Positions 36,503-45,855 of a DNA stretch of 64,000 nucleotides are shown here, one piece after another. Within the stretch, counting starts at the first letter, position 1, and every line of letters starts with the position of its first letter. A program made the translations under genes and the position numbers. Source of the DNA: a virus; the IMG/VR virus record IMGVR_UViG_3300021437_000011, positions 1 to 64,000 of that record. The stretch is one strand, 5' to 3'. The notes below the pieces were generated by a model. That model was not told the DNA's origin. It searched no databases and saw only the letters and a program-made list of their open reading frames with translations.

Positions 36503-37117
36503 TTGGGGACCGACGTGGTTAATTATTTACTGAGCCCTGACTATTTCATTATGACCGAACTCGGTCATAGACTTACTGACGGCGCGGGAAGCGCAATCCT
36601 TATCTATGACATTCCCGCGGCTCTTTTGGATGATGATGACGCAAACATAGTCCGGAAGCCCTCACGCCCCAAGATTAGGCCGGACTATTCCATTTACAAC
36701 AATCCAGGACCACGGAAACAACCCGAAGCGCTTGCTGATGGAGAGATCGGAGAGGGGTGGCCTGAGATTGAGTCTCTCAGCGGCCCCGAACTCGCTGAGG
36801 CCCCAGAACCGCCTCCAAGCGAAACGCTCCACTCACAGCCGGTCAATGTGGCGGCGCTTTTGCCAGCAGAGCATCTTAATCTTCTCGCAAAATCGTGGGC
36901 GCACGCCGTTTATCAGCCAAAAGTAGAGCCAATTTTCCAGTTGCCGCCCCAGCGGGTGAACCAGCACGCCGACAGCGCATTTTCCTCAATTGTTCACATG
37001 GCGCTGAATGCTCCGAAACGGGAAACTTTTCAACCGTGGACGTTGAGAGGCGCTCTCTGGGCGCATGAATGGGGAAAAATCGTGGGACATGTGAAAAAGT
37101 CAGGGAGGCGGAAATAG
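36503..37117 (+). CDS. hypothetical protein
   Basis: ORF in the late operon. Confidence 0.5.
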   Translation: MGTDVVNYLLSPDYFIMTELGHRLTDGAGSAILIYDIPAALLDDDDANIVRKPSRPKIRPDYSIYNNPGPRKQPEALADGEIGEGWPEIESLSGPELAEAPEPPPSETLHSQPVNVAALLPAEHLNLLAKSWAHAVYQPKVEPIFQLPPQRVNQHADSAFSSIVHMALNAPKRETFQPWTLRGALWAHEWGKIVGHVKKSGRRK

Positions 37118-37119
37118 CA

Positions 37120-37440
37120 ATGACGACATGGGTTTATCGCCCTGATCATCCACAGGCGAGCGAGCGGGGCATGGTTCGCAAAGACATTTTAGAAGGATAT
37201 GCTCCATACGGAGAGTCTGCCTACGTAATATCCGATATTATGGATTTAACACGGCACATGGCCACGGGTAAATACCATACAAGCAAGTCAGAATTCAGGA
37301 AAGATACTCGGAACAGCGGCTGCATTGAGGTCGGAAACGATACTGGATGCATGCTCAAGCCGAGAGCGCCCCTTACGCCAAGTAGAGAAGAACGAAGACA
37401 TCACATACAACAAGCAATAAATTACTTGCGTTCAAAATAG
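37120..37440 (+). CDS. conserved phage head-region hypothetical protein
   Basis: VISD.M....HM.TG...TSKS.FR......GC.EVGND, upstream of the scaffold. Confidence 0.65.
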   Translation: MTTWVYRPDHPQASERGMVRKDILEGYAPYGESAYVISDIMDLTRHMATGKYHTSKSEFRKDTRNSGCIEVGNDTGCMLKPRAPLTPSREERRHHIQQAINYLRSK

Positions 37441-37460
37441 AATAAGCATATTTTCCAAGA

Positions 37461-38756
37461 ATGACTGACGAAAAACAGCAAATTGACGCTATCGTTCCGG
37501 CAGAAGAGAAGGCTCCCCCACAGGGCTCCTCTCAAAAAGCCGACATTTCTCAGGGCAAACCCCAAAGTTTGCGCGAGACTTTGCGCGAGACGATCCTTGC
37601 GGCCAAGAAGGAAGCCGAGAGCAAATCGGAGCAGCAAGCCGAGAAAGCCAAGGAACCCGAAAAATCGGAGAAGTCTGAGGCTGATCCGCCCGAGAAAGAA
37701 GTCAAAAAAGCTGAAACGCCAGCTCCAGCCGATGAGGCCGACAAGCCAAAGGGCGATGAGCTCAAGTCAAAAGTTTCAGACGAAAAGGAAGAAGGGGCTA
37801 AGGGACAGGAGAAATCCACTCTTAAACCTCCAGCGTCCTGGTCGAAAAGTAGTCGCGCCGAATGGGACACTCTCCCAGAATCAATACAAAAAACGATTCT
37901 GAAGCGGGAGGAAGACACCGCACGAGGCGTTGAGGAATTAAGGAAGAAACAGCAAGACGAGATCAGTTCCTGGAAAACCAGACATTCCGATGTTGAGGAA
38001 GCTATACGCCCGTACGAAGACGCCATCCAACAATCAGGACGGACAAAAGGCCAAGTTGTCAAGGACCTGCTTGATTGGAATATGGCTCTTGTTGGGCCGC
38101 ATAAGCTTCAGGCGTTCCAGGCGCTAGCGAGATCGTTTGGCGTTGATATGTCTCAACTCTCCGGTGTAGCTGCTGCGCATAGCGCCTTAGATGCATCGCA
38201 AACCGACTCGCCTCCCCCCGTTCAGGCTCCAGTTGTTGACCGTTCCTGGGAGCCTGCTATCCGAAGCGTAGCGCAACGTCTTGAACAGTTCGAACAGGCC
38301 ACTGCCGCACAACGGCAGGCAGCCGCCGAACAGGTCGTTCATAACTGGGCGAAGGACAAGACGCACTTCGAACGAGTACGTGTACTGATGGCTCAACTGG
38401 TGGACAACGACGCTAAGATGGGCGGCGTCCGATTCCTAAGGAACGGACAAATCGACATGGATGCGGCGTATGAAGCAGCAGTATGGGCCGACCCTGAAGT
38501 GCGCGCCGATCTTCTGAAAGAGCAGCGGGAGGAGCATGAGGCCGCGGTGAAAACCGCCGCAGAAAAAGCGAAAGCCGACGCCGACGCCAGATTGCTGGCG
38601 GAAAAAGCGAAAGCCGACGCTGAAAAGGCAAGGAGGGCGGCTGTAAGTCTGCGCCCGAGCGCCCCAATTTCGGGGGTTAACGGTGCGGCGCCCGGAACTA
38701 TCGCCACGCGAGAAACGGTTCGCGACAGCATCAAGAGGGCTTTGAGCGGCATGTAA
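37461..38756 (+). CDS. capsid scaffolding protein
   Basis: Charged and helical, PPASW, AY..A.W..P; precedes the capsid gene. Confidence 0.8.
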   Translation: MTDEKQQIDAIVPAEEKAPPQGSSQKADISQGKPQSLRETLRETILAAKKEAESKSEQQAEKAKEPEKSEKSEADPPEKEVKKAETPAPADEADKPKGDELKSKVSDEKEEGAKGQEKSTLKPPASWSKSSRAEWDTLPESIQKTILKREEDTARGVEELRKKQQDEISSWKTRHSDVEEAIRPYEDAIQQSGRTKGQVVKDLLDWNMALVGPHKLQAFQALARSFGVDMSQLSGVAAAHSALDASQTDSPPPVQAPVVDRSWEPAIRSVAQRLEQFEQATAAQRQAAAEQVVHNWAKDKTHFERVRVLMAQLVDNDAKMGGVRFLRNGQIDMDAAYEAAVWADPEVRADLLKEQREEHEAAVKTAAEKAKADADARLLAEKAKADAEKARRAAVSLRPSAPISGVNGAAPGTIATRETVRDSIKRALSGM

Positions 38757-38783
38757 CCCGGCGTATCGGAACGGGAAAAGAAC

Positions 38784-39815
38784 ATGGCCGTACCTGGCCT
38801 TTCAGAAATCGTGACAACCACGCTGCGAAACCGCACCGGGGTGTTGCAGGACAACGTCAGTAGGAATAATGCGTTACTGGCTCGTCTCAACAAAAAAGGT
38901 CGAGTGAAGACGTTTTCAGGCGGTAGAACTATTGTTCAAGAGCTTGATTACGCCAACAATCAGACCTTCGTCTGGTATAGTGGGTATCAGACGCTAAACA
39001 TTAACCCAAGCCAAGTATTCACGGCTGCTGAATTCCCGATTCGTCAAGCTGCTCTTGCTATCTCCATCTCTGGCCTTGAGGAGATACAGAACAGCGGCGA
39101 AGAGGCTATTATTGATCTGCTTGAATCCCGTATCGAGAACGGCGAACGCACGTTCCTGAACGGGCTGAGCATGGGCATTTACGGAGACGGCTCGACCGCC
39201 AACTCAATTGGCGGGCTGCAGCTTCTTGTCGCAGCCTCTCCAGCGACGGGGACCGTCGGCGGCATTGACCGCTCCCAATGGCCATTTTTCCGTAATATCT
39301 CGTTCTCGGCGCTGACGAATGGCGGCGCGGCGGCGAGCGCGGCGAATATCCTCTCGTACATGGATAGCTTGTGGGTGCAGTTGATTCGTGGTCGCGACGC
39401 CCCGGATCTGATCGTCGCCGACAACAATATGTACAAATACTACCTCCAGGCGCTTCAGTCTATTCAGCGCATCACAACTGAGGGCTCTGCTCCCGAGCTG
39501 GCCGAGGCTGGCTTCCAGACTCTAAAGTACATGTCTGCTGACGTGGTGTTGGATGGTGGATATCAGGGCCAAGCTACTGATCCACTCCCATATAAAATGT
39601 CCACAGACACCAGTGCAGTTGGCGGTTCTCCGGCTAACACCATGTACTTCCTTAATACAAACTACCTGCACTATAGACCTTCTGCTCAGAGAAACATGGT
39701 TCCACTTGATCCAGATAGGTTTTCTGTGAACCAGGATGCTATGGTAAAGCTTATCGGCTGGGCAGGTAACATGACGCTAAGTAACGCGTTCCTGCAAGGT
39801 CTCATAACTACATAA
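38784..39815 (+). CDS. major capsid protein
   Basis: TTTLRNR...DNV..NNALL, GG..I...L.Y, WYSGY, NQDA.V..I.WAGN.T. Confidence 0.92.
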   Translation: MAVPGLSEIVTTTLRNRTGVLQDNVSRNNALLARLNKKGRVKTFSGGRTIVQELDYANNQTFVWYSGYQTLNINPSQVFTAAEFPIRQAALAISISGLEEIQNSGEEAIIDLLESRIENGERTFLNGLSMGIYGDGSTANSIGGLQLLVAASPATGTVGGIDRSQWPFFRNISFSALTNGGAAASAANILSYMDSLWVQLIRGRDAPDLIVADNNMYKYYLQALQSIQRITTEGSAPELAEAGFQTLKYMSADVVLDGGYQGQATDPLPYKMSTDTSAVGGSPANTMYFLNTNYLHYRPSAQRNMVPLDPDRFSVNQDAMVKLIGWAGNMTLSNAFLQGLITT

Positions 39816-39865
39816 TACTACTCGGTGTGTATTATGTACAATACTTTGGTGCAAAGGAAAATACT

Positions 39866-40417
39866 ATGTCCGTCCGTACGAGATGGTACACCGAGGACAA
39901 CAAACTCGGTGTAGACCTTAACAATACAGAGGCGGCGATCGCGGTTACAACGTATCCCGAGTTCCCCGCCAACAGGATCGCCCTGGGCGAGCAGGTTCAG
40001 GGCGTTGGCGGATCGCGGTGGATGTATGTCGTCGCGTCGGCCACCGTGAGCGCGAACAACCTTATTGCGATCAGTCCGGCTGGCGCGACGGAGTTTCATG
40101 CGGAGAGCCTTACATCCGCGCATGTCGCCTCCGGAATCTACTCGTTCGGGATTTCCCAGATGTCAGTCGCGGCGGCGGCTACGGGGGAGGCGTTCTGGGC
40201 GCTTCTGGAGGCCCGCTCGGGGGCTGCGATCAACTGCGTGTCCTCGTGCGTCGCTGGCGCTCAGCTCTATCTGTATCCGGGGCAAGCCGGGAAGATCACC
40301 ACAACGGCTACCGGGTATTTCATTCTGGGACTTTATGCAGTCAGCCCGATGACGGTGACAACTGCTACGGTTGACGTTGTCGTCTTGAGAGAAATCTACG
40401 TTACGGCATCAGCATAA
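39866..40417 (+). CDS. capsid decoration/cement protein (Ser/Thr/Ala-rich)
   Basis: Immediately after the capsid gene; LG......G..WMYV.A motif. Confidence 0.7.
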   Translation: MSVRTRWYTEDNKLGVDLNNTEAAIAVTTYPEFPANRIALGEQVQGVGGSRWMYVVASATVSANNLIAISPAGATEFHAESLTSAHVASGIYSFGISQMSVAAAATGEAFWALLEARSGAAINCVSSCVAGAQLYLYPGQAGKITTTATGYFILGLYAVSPMTVTTATVDVVVLREIYVTASA

Positions 40418-40426
40418 GGCGTTATC

Positions 40427-41305
40427 GTGAGCGAAGCAAAAGAATTGCCGTTCGTTCTACTGGCTGGAGTCAACACTGTTGCGGCGACTCCAGCCGATAT
40501 TTCGAAGCAAAATATTCCGGTCAACATAGCGAGAGGCCATACGCGTCTTCATATGTTGCCGGAGTTTCAAAAAGTAAAAGGTGAAAATGTACCGATCGCC
40601 CTTGTTGGCGGCGGTCCATCCATTAAGGACACTATTGACGAAGTAAGGAGTTTCAGGCACGTCATAGCGTGCGGATCTTCACATGATTATCTGGTGGAAA
40701 GTGGGATTGTTCCGGAGTATTGCGCTATATGTGATCCAGATCCGATCATGGCTAACTATTTGAGAAAACCACAGACAGAGACAAAATATCTTGTGGCTAG
40801 CAGTTCAGACGCATCCGTGTTCGACGCGTTGGCTGGAATGCAGATAGTTTTGTGGCATTGCGCCCCAGTGGACAAAGAGTTTATGGATGAAGTTGATCCT
40901 GGTTGGCACATGGTTGGCGGAGGATGCACGGTGGGTTTGAGGGCAATCTCAATTTCTATCGTGCTTGGTTATACAAATATTCACTTTTTTGGATTTGATA
41001 GCTGTCTTGGCGAAGATGGAAGCCATCACGCGTATAGCTTTACTGATGAAAGTGAATCTCTGGGGGATATATTCTGCGTTAAGATTGGATCTTCCATGAG
41101 TGGTCCAGATGAAGACTCTAACATGTTCAGATGCGCTGGATATCAGCTTGCGCAAGCTGATCACTTCAAAAAATTTGTGGAGATGTACGGCAAGATATTC
41201 ACGCCGACATTCCACGGAACAGGGCTGCTCCCCGCATTGTGGAGCGACATAAAGGCCAAAGCCGAGGCAATGACGGCAACTGAAGTTCATGAGGAATTAC
41301 AATGA
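40427..41305 (+). CDS. Maf/DUF115 (MptE-like) glycosyltransferase-like protein 1
   Basis: IALVGGGPSI, ACGSSHDYL...GI.P, CDP, GGGCTVGLRA, GY.NIHFFGFDS. Confidence 0.8.
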   Translation: MSEAKELPFVLLAGVNTVAATPADISKQNIPVNIARGHTRLHMLPEFQKVKGENVPIALVGGGPSIKDTIDEVRSFRHVIACGSSHDYLVESGIVPEYCAICDPDPIMANYLRKPQTETKYLVASSSDASVFDALAGMQIVLWHCAPVDKEFMDEVDPGWHMVGGGCTVGLRAISISIVLGYTNIHFFGFDSCLGEDGSHHAYSFTDESESLGDIFCVKIGSSMSGPDEDSNMFRCAGYQLAQADHFKKFVEMYGKIFTPTFHGTGLLPALWSDIKAKAEAMTATEVHEELQ

Positions 41306-42072
41306 GTTATGGAGAGGCTCTTCCCACCCATACTGCGATCGATTGGAAAGGCCACGTCGGCTTGGCCCAATATGGGGACGACTCGCGCACGATTGCGCTG
41401 TTTTACAATCGATCCGTACACAACCCGATCAAATCGGAGCATGCGGGGACGCCGATCCATGACGACGTGGATTATGTGCGCATTCACCAGCCTGGCGAGC
41501 GCCTCAATATCATTGACCGGCCAGTGACAGCGGCTGACCGCGCCCGCTTTCCCCGTCAGTGGTCTGATTATATTGGGAATAGAGAGCAAATCCCCGATGG
41601 AACCCCGATTGATTTGCTGTTCCCTGCGCATCCCAACGTGGGGGCCAATCTTCGCGGCGTCGGCGTCCATACGATTGAGCAGTGCGCCAAGCTCAGCGGA
41701 CACGCCATGGATGTTATTGGGATGGGCGCTCAGGAATATGTCAATCGGGCCACTGAGTATTTGGAGAACGCGGAGAAGGGCGTGGGGCTGCACAAGCTGC
41801 ATCGGGAGCTGGAGGAGCGCGACTCTCAGATCAGAATCCTCCATTCGCAAGTGGGCTCGCTCAAGGGACAGCTCGACCAATTGTTGAGCTCGATCCAAAG
41901 CGCCAGCGTCAATCCTGTGGCGCTCAGGATGATTCCTGCAGAGATCGCTGGGGCCGTCGCCGCTCCACCTGGCACGGCTCAGCACGATTTCATGACGCCC
42001 CCCGGCTTCGGCAAGCGAAAGGGGCGAGGAAAAACGTCAACAGGGCCTTCCGAGAGCGAGGCGGCGCAGTGA
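41302..42072 (+). CDS. conserved phage hypothetical protein
   Basis: YVRI..PG......RP....D..RFP..W; G..T.EQ.A.L; coiled coil. Confidence 0.7.
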   Translation: MSYGEALPTHTAIDWKGHVGLAQYGDDSRTIALFYNRSVHNPIKSEHAGTPIHDDVDYVRIHQPGERLNIIDRPVTAADRARFPRQWSDYIGNREQIPDGTPIDLLFPAHPNVGANLRGVGVHTIEQCAKLSGHAMDVIGMGAQEYVNRATEYLENAEKGVGLHKLHRELEERDSQIRILHSQVGSLKGQLDQLLSSIQSASVNPVALRMIPAEIAGAVAAPPGTAQHDFMTPPGFGKRKGRGKTSTGPSESEAAQ

Positions 42073-42869
42073 AGCGGCTTGACGGCGTGAACGTTGTCGC
42101 CGCCGCCTCTCCCGAGGTTTTCTCGGCGAATATCGCGGCGAATTGCCGCCGCGAATTGCCCGATATTCATGAGCTTCCAGAGTGGCGGGAGCGCATGCCC
42201 ATCGCGCTGGTCGGCGGCGGTCCGTCGCTTGCAGGACATCTGGATGAGCTGAAGCGCTACAACCTGATCATGGCGTGCGGTTCGGCGCATGACTACGTCG
42301 CCAGCCAAGGCGTTGAGCCCCGATGGGCGGTCTGTTGTGATCCGGACCCGGCTGCGGCGGCGTATTACAGGAAACCAGTAAAATCATGCACCTATCTCAT
42401 AGCGTCGGCGTGTTCCGGGGCAGTGTTCGACGCCCTGAAGGGGCATCATGTGGTGCGGTGGCATTCGGGCGGGTCCAACTTGTCGTCAGAGGTCTGGGGA
42501 GACGGCCGGAAAATCATCGTCGGCGGCGGCTGCACCGTTGGGACGCGCGCCTTCATGCTCGCGATCTGCTTCGGCTTTTCGACCATCCACTTTTTCGGCT
42601 TTGACGGCTGCGTGAGCGATGAACGTCACCACGCCTACGATTTCGCCGCAGATGATCCATTTGATGTGGGCGAGATGGTTGACGTGCGGCTCGGCGCTCC
42701 TGATGGCCCAGCCTATCGAATGGCTGGCTACATGCTTGGGCAACTCTTTGATTTTGACAGGCTCATCGGAAAATTTGGGGGCCGAATGGATCTGACCGTA
42801 CACGGCGGCGGACCGTTGTTCGATCTCGTAAAATACGCAAAGGAAAAGAAAAATGCCGAAGAAGAGTGA
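42069..42869 (+). CDS. Maf/DUF115 (MptE-like) glycosyltransferase-like protein 2
   Basis: IALVGGGPSL, ACGSAHDY, CDPDP, GGGCTVGTRA, GF..IHFFGFDG; paralogue of 40427-41305. Confidence 0.8.
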   Translation: MKRLDGVNVVAAASPEVFSANIAANCRRELPDIHELPEWRERMPIALVGGGPSLAGHLDELKRYNLIMACGSAHDYVASQGVEPRWAVCCDPDPAAAAYYRKPVKSCTYLIASACSGAVFDALKGHHVVRWHSGGSNLSSEVWGDGRKIIVGGGCTVGTRAFMLAICFGFSTIHFFGFDGCVSDERHHAYDFAADDPFDVGEMVDVRLGAPDGPAYRMAGYMLGQLFDFDRLIGKFGGRMDLTVHGGGPLFDLVKYAKEKKNAEEE

Positions 42870-43248
42870 CTTGATGGGCCTCGGTATGCCCGTGTTCCTG
42901 GCTCAGAGGATGGCGACGGAGCCCAGCTTAGTTACGGCCGCAGGCGTCACCCGCGCCAGCGCTACGCCGATCAATGGGGATCAGTATCTTGTTGTGATGA
43001 TTGGCTCGAATGCTGGCGGCGGGTTTCAGTTGCCCTCGATTGGCGGCCAGAACGGGTGTTTGCTGGGCGACGATTTCACTATCAACGCGCTGTACGCAAC
43101 GGCAAGCCTTTACCCAGGCCCTGGCTGCACGATTTCCATCGGCGCGGGAAGTTATTCCACAGGAACCGCTGTTCCCATTGAGCTGCATACCGCCTCCTCG
43201 TTTTATCCCGTCACCGCGACCCAGTGGATCGGGGTGAAGGGAGGATAA
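42853..43248 (+). CDS. hypothetical virion protein
   Basis: Small beta-rich ORF in the head-tail block. Confidence 0.6.
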   Translation: MPKKSDLMGLGMPVFLAQRMATEPSLVTAAGVTRASATPINGDQYLVVMIGSNAGGGFQLPSIGGQNGCLLGDDFTINALYATASLYPGPGCTISIGAGSYSTGTAVPIELHTASSFYPVTATQWIGVKGG

Positions 43249-43251
43249 TCA

Positions 43252-44214
43252 ATGGCTGCGCCCAAGACTCTGCTGCAAATTGTAAACACAGCTCAGCAAG
43301 AGCTTGGGCTGCCTCAGTCCTCTGCCGTTATAGGCAATACGGATTTTACGACTATTCAAATGCTTGCCTTGCTCAATGCGGCGGGAGAGGAGTTGCGCGA
43401 TCACCCTGAGGGCGGTTGGACGCAGATGCGCACCGAGTTCAATCTGGTTGTCACCGTCCCGATAACAACGACTGGGGACACAACGGTGAACTCGGCCGTC
43501 ATTGTGAATATTCCGAGCACCACGGGATTGGCCGCTGGCTCCTGGATGTGCTCGGGGCCGAATATTCCAACAGCCGCGCGCATCAAGAGCGTGGACAGCG
43601 CCACGCAGGTGACGCTGACGATGAATGTAACTGGGACTGCGCCAGGGGTCTCGCTTGTCTTCTCCAACGACACATATTCGCTGCCAGCCGATTTTAAGTC
43701 CTACATCAACCGAACATGGTGGGACAGGACGAATCGTTGGGAGTTGCTCGGCCCTGACAGCCCGCAAATGGATCAGTGGCACCGATCTGGAATTGTCGTG
43801 ACTGGCCCCAGACGGCATTGGCGGCAACTGGGAAAAGTCGGGGCGCAATATCGGATCTGGCCTCAGCCGTCGGAGATCTCCACCCCTCTCCAGCTCGTTT
43901 ATGAATATCTTAGCGACTCGTGGGTCAATGTTGGCGGCCTCGGGCAGCAATTCTCAGCCGCATTTACATCAGATACGGACACGCCGGTCCTTGATGACCG
44001 AGCTCTTATCTTATCGCTCAAATACAGGTTTTGGGGGCAGAAAGGCTTCAATTATCTCCCTATGCAACAAGAGTATGTTGACTGGGTTGATAGACTTGTG
44101 GGCCGTGATGGAGGTTCTGGAAGCATAAGTTTGGTAAAACGCCAGCATCCTTTGTTTATATCTCCTTCTGCTGTGCAGGATGGGTTCTTCCCAGGCCCGG
44201 TTTCACCTCCATAA
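43252..44214 (+). CDS. head-tail adaptor (tail tubular A-like) with Thr-rich inserted domain
   Basis: TLLQIVN....ELG, Y.LP.DF, WDRT, IWP.P. Confidence 0.75.
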   Translation: MAAPKTLLQIVNTAQQELGLPQSSAVIGNTDFTTIQMLALLNAAGEELRDHPEGGWTQMRTEFNLVVTVPITTTGDTTVNSAVIVNIPSTTGLAAGSWMCSGPNIPTAARIKSVDSATQVTLTMNVTGTAPGVSLVFSNDTYSLPADFKSYINRTWWDRTNRWELLGPDSPQMDQWHRSGIVVTGPRRHWRQLGKVGAQYRIWPQPSEISTPLQLVYEYLSDSWVNVGGLGQQFSAAFTSDTDTPVLDDRALILSLKYRFWGQKGFNYLPMQQEYVDWVDRLVGRDGGSGSISLVKRQHPLFISPSAVQDGFFPGPVSPP

Positions 44215-44220
44215 TGCGTC

Positions 44221-45855
44221 ATGAGAGTCCCAAAAACACTGGCAAAATTTGCGCATTTGGCTCCTGAAGTGCAGGCAGTTTCGGTGGATGCGCCCGTGGG
44301 CGGCTGGGATGCGATCAGCCCGCTGGCGAAGATGGACCCGCGGTATGCGGTTACTCTCGACAACTGGGTGCCAAGGACCGCCTATATAGAGTTGCGCAAG
44401 GGATACCAGACGTGGTGTCAGGGTTTGGCCACAACGCCTGTGGAAACCCTCATGACCTATCGGCCAGAAGGCGCTCCAGAGGCCATGTTCGCGGCGTGCA
44501 ATGGCGCAATCTGGAATGTTTCTGGGCAAGGGAGCCCCGTGCGCGTCGTGACGGGACTGAGCTCCAACAGATGGCAATATATCAATTTCACGCCTGCTGG
44601 CGGCGCAAATTACCTCTATGCCGTCAATGGCATAGATACCCCTCTCTTGTGGAATGGCGCAATCTGGACCAACCCGGTTATCACCGGGGTGACGGCGGCG
44701 ACGCTGCGGGGCATTTATGTGCACAAGCGCCGGATCTGGTTTGTTCAAAACCAAGCCACGAGCGTTTGGTATTTGGGGACCGACGCGATCCAGGGAGCGG
44801 CGACGCAGCTCGACCTTGGCGCGCTGATGAGCAAGGGCGGCTATCTTGTCGGCGTTGGCACGTGGACGATTGACGGCGGCCTGGGGCCTGACGATTACGC
44901 CGTCTTCGCCTCAAGCCGCGGCGAGCTCATCATTTATAAGGGAACCGATCCGTCCAGCGCCACCGCCTGGTCTCTTGTGGGCGTTTTCGATTTTCCTCCG
45001 GCGTTGGGTTATAGGTGTTTTTATCGGATGGGGTCAGATCTGTGGATGATCACAACTCAGGGCGTCATCCCCGTGTCGCAAGGTCTCCCCTTCGACCCGG
45101 CCGGCTCGCGCTCGGCCGCGATCACGAGTCGTATCCAAAACGCAATGCTCCAATCTGGCGCGGCTGGGCAATATCTCTTTGGCTGGCAACTCATCAGCTA
45201 TCCAAACGAAGCTTTGGCCCTGTTGAATGTGCCTATTCTGGAGAATGTCAGCCAGCAACAGTATGTAACAAATCTTCTTACTGGGGCATGGTGTCGGTTT
45301 ACCGGGTGGAATGCGAATACGTTTGAAATATTCAATGATAAACTGTACTTTGGAGACAATACCGGTAATGTAAATCTTGCCTATAGCGGATCTACAGACC
45401 TCATAACACCCATCAATGCGGACCTGAAGTGCGCGTTTAACTATTTTGGAGACCCAAGCCGACTCAAGCGCATGAGCATGGCGGAGCCGCTCATGGTGAC
45501 GAGCGGAGCAATTACGCCTACCCTGGCTGTTGATGTGGATTTTTCGGACACAAGCCCCAGCGCTCCGATCAATAACATTGTTCCTCAAGGGTCTGCTTAC
45601 GACGCATCTGTTTATGACACCGGGATTTACGCTGCTGGAAACGTTTCTCTTGTGAGCTGGCTCTCGACTGAAGCACAGGGACGCGCTCTTGCGCTTCGAA
45701 TGAAAGTAAATCTTCTTCCTCTCATAGTTTCAAACCAGTCTATATTTGATACTGGCGTGTTCGATGCTTTAATCTTCGATGGGCTTAGTTCATCTGACGT
45801 GACTCTTCAGCTTAACGCCTTCAACGCTTTAGTGGAGTTTGGAGCCAATGTATAA
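44221..45855 (+). CDS. tail nozzle / DNA stabilisation protein (tubular B-like)
   Basis: APVGGW, LDNW.P....ELRKG; beta-propeller-like; follows the adaptor. Confidence 0.78.
   Translation: MRVPKTLAKFAHLAPEVQAVSVDAPVGGWDAISPLAKMDPRYAVTLDNWVPRTAYIELRKGYQTWCQGLATTPVETLMTYRPEGAPEAMFAACNGAIWNVSGQGSPVRVVTGLSSNRWQYINFTPAGGANYLYAVNGIDTPLLWNGAIWTNPVITGVTAATLRGIYVHKRRIWFVQNQATSVWYLGTDAIQGAATQLDLGALMSKGGYLVGVGTWTIDGGLGPDDYAVFASSRGELIIYKGTDPSSATAWSLVGVFDFPPALGYRCFYRMGSDLWMITTQGVIPVSQGLPFDPAGSRSAAITSRIQNAMLQSGAAGQYLFGWQLISYPNEALALLNVPILENVSQQQYVTNLLTGAWCRFTGWNANTFEIFNDKLYFGDNTGNVNLAYSGSTDLITPINADLKCAFNYFGDPSRLKRMSMAEPLMVTSGAITPTLAVDVDFSDTSPSAPINNIVPQGSAYDASVYDTGIYAAGNVSLVSWLSTEAQGRALALRMKVNLLPLIVSNQSIFDTGVFDALIFDGLSSSDVTLQLNAFNALVEFGANV

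Noticed and set aside
38562-38620. GAAAAAGCGAAAGCCGACGC direct repeat in the scaffold gene
   Set aside because: In-frame EKAKADA peptide repeat, ordinary for scaffolds
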